This document shows, in pieces, positions 36,376 through 44,013 of a stretch of 64,000 bases of DNA; the stretch's first letter is position 1, and the number at the start of each line of letters is the position of its first letter. The position numbers and the translations under genes were made by a program. Source of the DNA: Eubacteriales bacterium. GTDB lineage: Bacteria; Bacillota; Clostridia; Oscillospirales; QAKW01. Location of the stretch: assembly GCA_045541555.1 (NCBI GenBank), contig JAZQJH010000059.1, positions 16,641-80,640 on the forward strand, written 5' to 3'. The notes under the pieces are model-generated. The model was given only the letters and a program-made list of their open reading frames with translations. It did not search any database and was not told the DNA's origin.

Positions 36376-38235
36376 TCAATAAACGTTTTTATTCTCCCGA
36401 TAGGTGCGCCAAATATTTTCAAAGAAATCTTCATCGGCAGGAATGGGACGCACCGGACGCCAGGAACAGACGAAATCTTCTCCATTCCAGACGGTCTCCT
36501 GCACCTTCTGCCGGGAGGCCCCATCCTCTTCGTTAAACCGGAAGAGTTCCGGCAAACCATCCCGCAACCGACCGGTTTCATCCGAGCAAAGGGCAGAGCC
36601 ACGGGTATCGCCGACGGACTTGGCATAGTCGATCATCGCCGTCAGCACCGCCTCCTGGGTCACCAAGGTATCGCGCAGTTTATAATAAAGGAACTGCTGC
36701 TCTTTAGTCGGCAGGATCAGCGCCCTGCGCTCCACCCGGACTGCGTCCAGGGTTTCCTGCATCTTCTCTTGATTGCGGATGGCTGCAGCGGTATCGCTCA
36801 TCCGCCGACGCGCCTTTTCCAATGCGGCACCAAGATCCGTATCGGTCGCCGTTTCTTTTTTATCTTCCAATAGTTTTTCAAATACGCGCTCATCCACCAA
36901 CGGGCGCCCATGGACGCTGATATATTGAGCCGCCCGCAATGAGCCCACCTGCCCGGCATTGAGTGCAGATCCGCCGGGACGGGTCACCCCATGGGTGCCG
37001 GCGCACTCGCCGGCGGCAAAAAGCCCCTTGACCGAAGTCTGCCACCAGAGATCCACAGCAATACCGCCGTTATGATGCTGGGCACAGAGAGCGATCTCTA
37101 AGTACTCTTTGGTAATATCCAGCCCCTTACCGCGATAAAGCTCGATGGCAGGGGTATTCATTTTTTCAAGCCGCTGGATGGGGGTGCCGAAGCAAGCCTC
37201 CGCCTTGCAGAGATATTCATAGGCTTCGGTGGAAAGCTTTTGATAGTCGATCTCCGCCAGCCCGAAGGGATTTTGGGTATAATCCAGATAGACCCGACGG
37301 CTTTTCAAAACGCACTCCCGATAGACCAAAAGGTCGATAACCGAGGAGCCCTCCAGCACCTTTTTACTGTCAAAGGGCCATTGATAGCCCTTCAAAAAGA
37401 CGGCGGAAAGAGCTTCATAGGGGTCTTCAAAATAGTCGCTGAGGAATTCGTGCTCCCCCTCCTCGTCCACCGAGACGAACCGGGGCAATACCTGCATATA
37501 AGTACCGGAAACGTTCCAGCGCGGCGCAATGGACGCCAGACCGAACTGCCATTCCGTCAGATTTTGCGCCTTGGCGCCGGCGAGGAGTGCAAGACCGGTG
37601 GAGCCGGTATGACATTCAGGATAGACGCTATCCGCATAAATACCTGCCGGACCGCCGGTGCAAAGGACGACGTCGCCGCAACGGAATGCCACCGCCTCGC
37701 CGGTCTCCACCCGGATGCAAAGCAAACCGGCGACCCCATTCTCCGTCGTGAGAATTTCGGTGGCCAAAAGCCCGTCAAAAAGCTCCAGACCCAATTGGGC
37801 AGCTCTTTTTTCCAGCGCCTCGGTCATGAACTTGGAGGTAAGAGGACCTGCCGAAGTGGCACGTGCATAAGGATCGTGGTCAGTCTTATACCCCACGTAT
37901 TCTCCATAGCGGTTGACCGGAAATTCCACCCCCAGCTCGCAGAGGTTCATAAAGCAACGGGCAGAAAGCGCCGCCTCAACGAGGGCGTTATCCCCGTCCA
38001 CCGAACCGCCGGCAAAAAGATTATCTGCCATCCGGCGAACGCTATCGGTTGCATCGCCGCCCAAACCTAATTTATAATAGGTCTGCTTATCACTGCCGGT
38101 GTTGCGGGAGGTGCCGCAATTCTTGCCCTCGGTGATGATCGCCACCTTTTTTCCGGCCTCTTTTAGCCGGATGGCGGCATTAAAGCCGGCGGCACCGGTG
38201 CCCACCACCAGGCAATCGTAGCTTAAGATCTTCAT
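36376..38235 (-). CDS. FAD-binding oxidoreductase (succinate dehydrogenase / fumarate reductase flavoprotein-like)
   Basis: The start is trimmed to MKILSYDCLVVGTGAAG. It shows the dinucleotide fold and the distal AAGECAGTHG...RPGGSALN motif. Confidence 0.8.
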   Translation of the reverse strand: MKILSYDCLVVGTGAAGFNAAIRLKEAGKKVAIITEGKNCGTSRNTGSDKQTYYKLGLGGDATDSVRRMADNLFAGGSVDGDNALVEAALSARCFMNLCELGVEFPVNRYGEYVGYKTDHDPYARATSAGPLTSKFMTEALEKRAAQLGLELFDGLLATEILTTENGVAGLLCIRVETGEAVAFRCGDVVLCTGGPAGIYADSVYPECHTGSTGLALLAGAKAQNLTEWQFGLASIAPRWNVSGTYMQVLPRFVSVDEEGEHEFLSDYFEDPYEALSAVFLKGYQWPFDSKKVLEGSSVIDLLVYRECVLKSRRVYLDYTQNPFGLAEIDYQKLSTEAYEYLCKAEACFGTPIQRLEKMNTPAIELYRGKGLDITKEYLEIALCAQHHNGGIAVDLWWQTSVKGLFAAGECAGTHGVTRPGGSALNAGQVGSLRAAQYISVHGRPLVDERVFEKLLEDKKETATDTDLGAALEKARRRMSDTAAAIRNQEKMQETLDAVRVERRALILPTKEQQFLYYKLRDTLVTQEAVLTAMIDYAKSVGDTRGSALCSDETGRLRDGLPELFRFNEEDGASRQKVQETVWNGEDFVCSWRPVRPIPADEDFFENIWRTYRENKNVY

Positions 38236-38960
38236 TATAATCTCCTTATATGAAATCCGCCGTCCACGTCGATGGACTGACCGGTCACGTAGGGCAACGC
38301 CCCACTGCAAAGCGTCCATACCGCACCAGCGATATCCTCCGGCTGACCCCAACGCTTGATGGGCAGAAGTCCGCCATCGATGAGGGCGTCGTACTTAGCC
38401 TTGACCTTATCGGTCATGCCGGTAGCAATGATGCCGGGGCGAATTTCATTGACGGTGATGCCGTACTCCGCCAAGCGATCAGCAAAGAGCTTTGTGATCA
38501 TGGTAACACCGGCCTTGGAGATGCAGTATTCGCCGCGGCTGGTACTGCTGGTATAGCCGGACATGGAGGAGATGTTGACAATACTCCCCTCGCCCCGCTC
38601 TTTCATCCGGTTGGCGACCAACTGAGTGAGAAAGAGGGTGCCCTTGGTATTGATGCCCATGACGAAATCATAGCTTTCCTCGGTCATCTCCAGAATATCA
38701 GCCCGGACCCTGGGCGCCACACCAGCCACGTTGACCAGAATATCGATCTTTCCGTATTTTTCCATCGCCAGCGCCACGTAGGCTTCGCGGCTCTCCGCCG
38801 CGCTCAGGTCGCCCTGAAAATAGGTAAATTCTCCTTTTAAAGAATGGGGCATTTCGGGCAGGACGTCCATGCCCACGACAGCCACGCCGTTTTCTAAAAG
38901 TTTTACTGCGGTAGCAAAGCCGATTCCGCCTGCCACGCCGGTCACTAATGCAACTTTCAT
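38235..38960 (-). CDS. SDR-family oxidoreductase
   Basis: 241 aa. It shows TGVAGGIG, NVAG and the catalytic YCISK. Confidence 0.88.
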   Translation of the reverse strand: MKVALVTGVAGGIGFATAVKLLENGVAVVGMDVLPEMPHSLKGEFTYFQGDLSAAESREAYVALAMEKYGKIDILVNVAGVAPRVRADILEMTEESYDFVMGINTKGTLFLTQLVANRMKERGEGSIVNISSMSGYTSSTSRGEYCISKAGVTMITKLFADRLAEYGITVNEIRPGIIATGMTDKVKAKYDALIDGGLLPIKRWGQPEDIAGAVWTLCSGALPYVTGQSIDVDGGFHIRRL

Positions 38961-38974
38961 TCTGTTATCTTCCT

Positions 38975-40210
38975 TTACTTACAATATTCTTGATAAATGG
39001 ACAAATAGGGATCCCGATCCCGGATAACGCATCCGGGGGTACCGCCGGGCTTACGCATGATTTCGGTACACTTGGAGCAGCAAAGACAAAGCTTGTTTTT
39101 ATCCATTTCGCCGGTAGCTAAGATCTCCTTGGCAAAATCCGGATAGGCAAAGATGGTGCGGCCAAAGCCGGCGAGGTCAAATCTTCCGTCCTTGATATAG
39201 CCGGCCACCACGTGGGGCGCCGCCACACCCAGATAAGAAACGGCAGAGCAAAGGATGGCCATCTCCGGGATGGACGCTTTCAATTGCGCCGTTCCCTCCA
39301 GAACACGCCGAACCCCTTCTAAGGGATGCTCGGGATGCTCATAGCCGCCTTGGGCAAAGGGGCGGTTGACGTGGGGATTGAAATAGGGATTGCCCATGGT
39401 GATATTCAAGAGGCGGACGCCATAGCCGTAAAGCTCCTTGATGAGCCATTCCGGCTCGGTGGGATCAAAGTCCAGCCCCTCTTTCCCTACGCCAAAACCA
39501 TAAGGGTACGGAAAGCCGTCGTAGACGTTCAGCCGAGAGCTGACGATAAAGTCCCTGCCGGTTCGCTGGATGGCACCTTGGATACTCTCCCGCAAAAGGC
39601 GCGTCCGGTTTTCCAAGGAACCGCCGTAACGGCCGGGACGCTCAAAGGCGGAAAGCAATTCTGAATTGAGATAGCGATGGCAGCATTTAATATCCACACC
39701 ATCAAAGCCGGCCTTTTCCGCCAAGGCCGCGCCACGCACCAAGGCATCTCCCACCCGATCCAGATATTCATCGCTGACGATGCGCTCCGACGAGATGGGG
39801 GCATCCTTTTCAAAGATCGGATTGTTATAGGCGATCAAGGGTGCCGGCGTTCCCTCCGGCTTGGAATAGCGTCCGGAATGGGTGGCCTGCATGATCACCA
39901 CCGGCTCATAGCCGTTGGTGCGCAGTCCTGCTTCCTTGATGGCTTCCACCTGGCGCTTAAAATCGTCCAGGTTCTCCTCGGTAATGTACAACTGCCGGGG
40001 ATTGGCGCGCCCCTCTGGCAAGACGGCGGTGGCCTCGAACCAAAGCAGTCCCACACCGCCCTCGGCAACCCTCTGATACCGCCGCTTGGTCAGCGTATCG
40101 GGACTGCCACCGGGGGTGCCGTCACACCCCTCCATGGCTTGCGCCGCCTGCCGAACCCGCTTGCCCTTTTGGAGCAAGAGCAGACGGAGATGATTTTGGA
40201 TCTCCAGCAT
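38975..40210 (-). CDS. Old-Yellow-Enzyme-family NADH:flavin oxidoreductase with a C-terminal Cys cluster
   Basis: It shows GGVGLLWFEATAV, QATHSGR, GFDGVDIKCCHRYL and RYGGSLENR, with C-terminal CLCCSKC...C. The start is uncertain (ATG 40210 or TTG 40225) and lies inside the AraC remnant on the other strand. Confidence 0.75.
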   Translation of the reverse strand: MLEIQNHLRLLLLQKGKRVRQAAQAMEGCDGTPGGSPDTLTKRRYQRVAEGGVGLLWFEATAVLPEGRANPRQLYITEENLDDFKRQVEAIKEAGLRTNGYEPVVIMQATHSGRYSKPEGTPAPLIAYNNPIFEKDAPISSERIVSDEYLDRVGDALVRGAALAEKAGFDGVDIKCCHRYLNSELLSAFERPGRYGGSLENRTRLLRESIQGAIQRTGRDFIVSSRLNVYDGFPYPYGFGVGKEGLDFDPTEPEWLIKELYGYGVRLLNITMGNPYFNPHVNRPFAQGGYEHPEHPLEGVRRVLEGTAQLKASIPEMAILCSAVSYLGVAAPHVVAGYIKDGRFDLAGFGRTIFAYPDFAKEILATGEMDKNKLCLCCSKCTEIMRKPGGTPGCVIRDRDPYLSIYQEYCK

Positions 40211-40501
40211 CGGTTTGCGGAGCAATACGACGACCCTTATACCCTGGAGGCCTTAGCGAAAGAGTATAACGTCAGCCCCTCCTCCCTTTCCCATCGGTTT
40301 AAGGAGGTCACCGGAATGTCGGTAATGGAATATCTTCTTTCCTGCCGACTGGCCGCTGCTAAAAATCTACTGATTGAGACCGATCTCCCTATCGGCGAGA
40401 TCGTGGAGCAATGCGGATTCAGCGACAGCAGCAACTTCAGCCGCACCTTCAAGGCGCGCACCGGGCTTTCCCCGTCGGCTTTTCGCAACCTATATAAATA
40501 G
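40190..40501 (+). pseudogene. AraC-family regulator reduced to its C-terminal HTH domain
   Basis: Only about 104 aa of AraC-like sequence is present (YTLEALAKEYNVSPSSLSHRFKEVTG...GFSDSSNFSRTFKARTGLSPSAFR). The rest of the 274-aa track ORF is antisense to the OYE gene. Confidence 0.65.
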
Positions 40502-40533
40502 AAATACGGAGCAGAAAATCTGCTCCGTATTTT
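40502..40533 (+). repeat. 32-bp direct repeat copy 1 (an intrinsic-terminator hairpin)
   Basis: AAATACGGAGCAGAAAATCTGCTCCGTATTTT, directly after the AraC-remnant stop codon. It is identical to 40822-40853. Confidence 0.9.
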
Positions 40534-40541
40534 ACAGACTG

Positions 40542-40684
40542 TCAAAAAAGTCCCCGACCGCAGAAAAAGAAAAGATCTGAAAGTTTGTACTGATTTTGCA
40601 ATATCACGGCAAGAAAGAGAACCCACTCTTTCTCGTTGTTTTTTTATAAGGAAAAAATCCGCATGAAAATGCGGATTTTAATTA
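40542..40684 (+). repeat. intergenic repeat element, copy B (first copy at 24265-24394)
   Basis: It has the same terminal blocks and hairpins as copy A, with a diverged and slightly longer interior. It starts 8 nt after a terminator. Confidence 0.8.
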
Positions 40685-40821
40685 AAATTTTCTGCTATCC
40701 GCGGGGCCGCTCTCTACCGTACCCATGTACGCCGACGAGATCGGCCCCGCGAATTCGGAAACATTTTTGAGAGTCTACCCAGCGTGTCAAAGATAAAAAA
40801 CAGGGTTCTTGACACGCTGAA

Positions 40822-40853
40822 AAATACGGAGCAGAAAATCTGCTCCGTATTTT
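40822..40853 (+). repeat. 32-bp direct repeat copy 2 (terminator of the P-II-like gene)
   Basis: A perfect copy of 40502-40533 in the same orientation. It abuts the reverse-strand stop codon at 40854. Confidence 0.9.
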
Positions 40854-41537
40854 TTATAAACCCATTACCGAATCGATAGGTAAGGACATAACAACGCCCT
40901 TGGCATCGCTGTGCATTCCGCAATTCTTGCTGATGGCACTCATGATATCGGTCTTTTTCTCATGATCGGCGAGGATCAAGACGATCTCTTTTTCCTCCTG
41001 CACGCTCAAGCCCCAAAAGCTGGTACCCTCCTCACTGCCGATACTGCGGCTATGAAGCACCGTACCGCCGCCGGCACCGGCAGCGCGCGCCGCATCCATA
41101 ACTTCGCTGCTGAAGCCACGGTTTACGATGGCGGAAATCAATACGTATTTCGATGTTCCCATAGACATTTCATCCTTTCCGTTTTTGGCGGAGTCTGTTT
41201 CTTTTGCAGTCTGATCCATCATCCGAAGCAAAAGATTGCTGACACCGGTGAGGGGAATGGTGAATGCGATACCGCTATTGACCGCATCCAGCCGCAGCTC
41301 CGAATGGAGCAGCCCCAGCATGGTCTGCCCGAAGCTTTGGGGCACCGTGCTGACCAGCACGCCTTTATCGATACTTCCAAGTCCCAGCGTATCCATGATC
41401 TCGCTGGAGGCGGTACCTTGCGCATTCAGGCGGTACTGGATGGGCAGAGCACTTTTTAAGAATAACTCTGCCGCCCGATCCGCCAGCTTGGGGGTGGCGA
41501 TCAGCATCAAAAGCTGATAGGTTTTCATTTTATTCAT
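40854..41537 (-). CDS. tandem P-II-like domain protein
   Basis: The start is trimmed to MNKMKTY, 6 nt after GGAGGTGG. It contains two beta-alpha-beta repeats; the second (YVLISAIVNRGFSSEVMDAARAAGAGGGTVLHSRS...EKEIVLIL...GVVMSLPIDSVMG) resembles the P-II family. Confidence 0.6.
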   Translation of the reverse strand: MNKMKTYQLLMLIATPKLADRAAELFLKSALPIQYRLNAQGTASSEIMDTLGLGSIDKGVLVSTVPQSFGQTMLGLLHSELRLDAVNSGIAFTIPLTGVSNLLLRMMDQTAKETDSAKNGKDEMSMGTSKYVLISAIVNRGFSSEVMDAARAAGAGGGTVLHSRSIGSEEGTSFWGLSVQEEKEIVLILADHEKKTDIMSAISKNCGMHSDAKGVVMSLPIDSVMGL

Positions 41538-43065
41538 CAAAGTCCACCTCCAAATCAATGATCTCATCACTATCGTCGGTCAGACCGGCATGGAGCAGAG
41601 CATTCTTCTGCAGCTTCGCTGTCTTGACCCGATAGACCAACCCCATGATCTGAATGGCGATCAACGGGGTCAAGGCCACCAATGCCACCACGCCAAAGGC
41701 GTCGGTCATCAGATTGCCGCCCAGTGCCCGGCAGGTGCCGATAGAAAGGGGAAGCAAAAAGGTGGAGGTCATGGGTCCGCTGGCCACGCCGCCGGAGTCA
41801 AACGCGATACCGACGAAGATCCGCGGCACAAAGAGCGACATTCCCAGCGCAATGAGATACCCGGGGACAACGATCCATTGAATGGGGATATTTAAAAGCA
41901 CCCGAAGCATGGCAAGCCCGATACTGATGGCGACGCCCACCGACATACTGCGGTTCATCGCCCGGACGGAGATGGCGCCATCGGTTACGTTCTCGACCTG
42001 ATGGTTCAAGACCTGAATGGCAGGCTCTGCCTTAACGATATAGTAACCGATGATCATACCGATGGGGATCAGCACCCAGTTATAGGAGAGGCTGGCAAGC
42101 TCCTTTCCGAGGAACGAGCCCACCGGCGCAAACCCGACGTTCACGCCGCAAAGGAACAGCACCAAGCCAATATAAGTATAGATCATACCGACGGCGATCC
42201 GCTTCATCTGCCGCCTCTGATAACGATGGGTCATCAGCTGAAAGAGCAGAAATACCGCAAGGATAGGTAAGAGAGATGCCGCAACCTCTCCGGCAAACGC
42301 CGGCAGCTCCCCAAAAAAGACCTCTACCACGTCCCGGGTGGTATCCACCTTTGCCACCTCGCCCAAGGAATAGGCCGCCTCGGTGGGATGAAAAAAGCAA
42401 CCCAAGATCAGCACCGCCAAAATGGGACCGACGCTCCCGAGCGCCACCAGACCGAAGCTATCGCTGGCGGCATTCTTATCGCTGCGTACCGACGCCAACC
42501 CCACGCCCATGGCCATAATAAACGGAACGGTCATGGGACCGGTGGTGACGCCGCCAGAGTCAAAGGCTACCGCCAAAAACTCCTTGGGAACAAAGAACGA
42601 AACGATGATCAGCACCGAATATAAAATGATCAACAACCGGGAAAGGTCGATCTTGAATTTAATACGGAGAATGGCCACCGCCAGGAAGATGCCGACACCG
42701 GCCGCTACCGTCAGAATCAGCACCAGATTGGGGACAGAGGGCACCTGCTCCGCCAGCACCTGCAGATCCGGCTCGGAGATGGTGATGATCGCGCCCATGA
42801 TAAAGCCAATCAACGCCACGACCCAAGCCCTGCGCGTCCGGGAGATCTGCACACCGATGCCCTCCCCGATGGGGGTCATGGACATTTCAGCGCCCAGCTG
42901 GAAAAATCCCATCCCCAGGATCAGCATCACCGCACCTACCAGGAACATCACCATCGTCCCCAGCTCCATCGGCACCAAAAAGATACTGATCAGCATCATA
43001 ATACCGGTAATAGGCAGCACCGCCGATAGAGATTCTAAAGTTTTTTCTCGCAGTTTTGGGTTCAA
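41530..43065 (-). CDS. DUF1538 family membrane protein (two DUF1538 repeats)
   Basis: 511 aa and polytopic. The repeated signature is AFDSGGVTTGPMTVPF / AFDSGGVASGPMTSTF. It has a TTG start. Confidence 0.75.
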   Translation of the reverse strand: MNPKLREKTLESLSAVLPITGIMMLISIFLVPMELGTMVMFLVGAVMLILGMGFFQLGAEMSMTPIGEGIGVQISRTRRAWVVALIGFIMGAIITISEPDLQVLAEQVPSVPNLVLILTVAAGVGIFLAVAILRIKFKIDLSRLLIILYSVLIIVSFFVPKEFLAVAFDSGGVTTGPMTVPFIMAMGVGLASVRSDKNAASDSFGLVALGSVGPILAVLILGCFFHPTEAAYSLGEVAKVDTTRDVVEVFFGELPAFAGEVAASLLPILAVFLLFQLMTHRYQRRQMKRIAVGMIYTYIGLVLFLCGVNVGFAPVGSFLGKELASLSYNWVLIPIGMIIGYYIVKAEPAIQVLNHQVENVTDGAISVRAMNRSMSVGVAISIGLAMLRVLLNIPIQWIVVPGYLIALGMSLFVPRIFVGIAFDSGGVASGPMTSTFLLPLSIGTCRALGGNLMTDAFGVVALVALTPLIAIQIMGLVYRVKTAKLQKNALLHAGLTDDSDEIIDLEVDFDE

Positions 43066-43122
43066 TGCGGTACCGCCTTTCTTATAGTATATCTAATATT
43101 TTAACATACGAGCATTCTTTTC

Positions 43123-43902
43123 TCAACCCCTGTTCAGGTTTTTTCTATATAAGGATGGAGAAACACCGTATTGCTTGAGAAACGCCCGATTAAAGGTGCG
43201 CAGGGTGGAAAAGCCCGACCGCTCTGCCACCTCAGTAATAGAATAACTTTTATTCTTCAGTAAGGAGACGGCGTCCGACAGGCGCAGACCGTTGAGATAG
43301 TCGCAGAAATTCATCCCGATCCGCAGGCTGAAGATATGGGAGACCGAGCTGCGGCTGAGCTTCAGCTCTTCTGCAATAGACGCCACCGAAAGATCCTCTT
43401 TATAGTGCCGGGCGCAGTACTGCAAAATCTCCAGCACCGTATCGCCGGAGACCCGATTTTTCTCGATGGGATAATGCCGCAGAAGCTTCCCGAAAAGGGC
43501 GGTAAGATACGCCCGGATGACGGGGCTATCCCCCTCTTCCTTGTACTCTGCCAGCGCCCTTTCCAGCAAATAGACGACGTTTTCGTCCTCCGCCTGCCAG
43601 AGGGCAGAGCTGGGCTCCCCCTCCAAAAAGACCTCCCCATAGCTCAAAAGGGCACTGGGCTTGACGATCAATACCAGATACTCTCCGGGAACGCAGTCGG
43701 CATACCGATGCACCTGGTTGGGAAAAGCCATAAAGAAGGAGCCGGGGGTCAACCGATAGCGCTTGCCGTTGCAATCTCCATAGCCGCCGCCCTCTTTCAC
43801 GTAGACCAGCTCAATATCCTCATGGATATGCGCCGAAAAATTGAGGGACGGACGGCGGCGAAACTCAATATTCGTTTTGATCTCTCTGAAAATTTCCTGC
43901 AT
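43123..43902 (-). CDS. AraC-family transcriptional regulator (cupin-like N-domain plus HTH)
   Basis: The start is trimmed to MQEIFRE, which follows GGAGAG. It has a C-terminal AraC HTH (GFSTLRTFNRAFLKQYGVSP). It is divergent from the GH3 gene. Confidence 0.85.
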   Translation of the reverse strand: MQEIFREIKTNIEFRRRPSLNFSAHIHEDIELVYVKEGGGYGDCNGKRYRLTPGSFFMAFPNQVHRYADCVPGEYLVLIVKPSALLSYGEVFLEGEPSSALWQAEDENVVYLLERALAEYKEEGDSPVIRAYLTALFGKLLRHYPIEKNRVSGDTVLEILQYCARHYKEDLSVASIAEELKLSRSSVSHIFSLRIGMNFCDYLNGLRLSDAVSLLKNKSYSITEVAERSGFSTLRTFNRAFLKQYGVSPSLYRKNLNRG

Positions 43903-44013
43903 TTTGCTCTCCGTTTGCACAATTTGTCTTGTTTTTCCCAATTATTTACTTGTATCTTAACACATTTCGTCTTATAATGCAATTAGAATTATAAATTTCA
44001 GGAGGATTTTCTT

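Noticed and set aside
39677-40169. N-terminal 165 residues of the 274-aa plus-strand ORF that ends in an AraC HTH. Its total length resembles a full AraC protein.
   Set aside because: This part is antisense to the best-conserved OYE motifs (GGVGL..EATAV, QATHSGR, GFDGVDIK) and has no cupin or AraC N-domain character. Only the last ~104 residues are genuine AraC sequence.
40685-40821. Considered a group IIC intron remnant, because such introns target terminators and this segment lies next to a duplicated terminator
   Set aside because: It shows no GUGYG 5' end, no domain V-like 34-nt hairpin and no reverse-transcriptase ORF. The segment is far too short.
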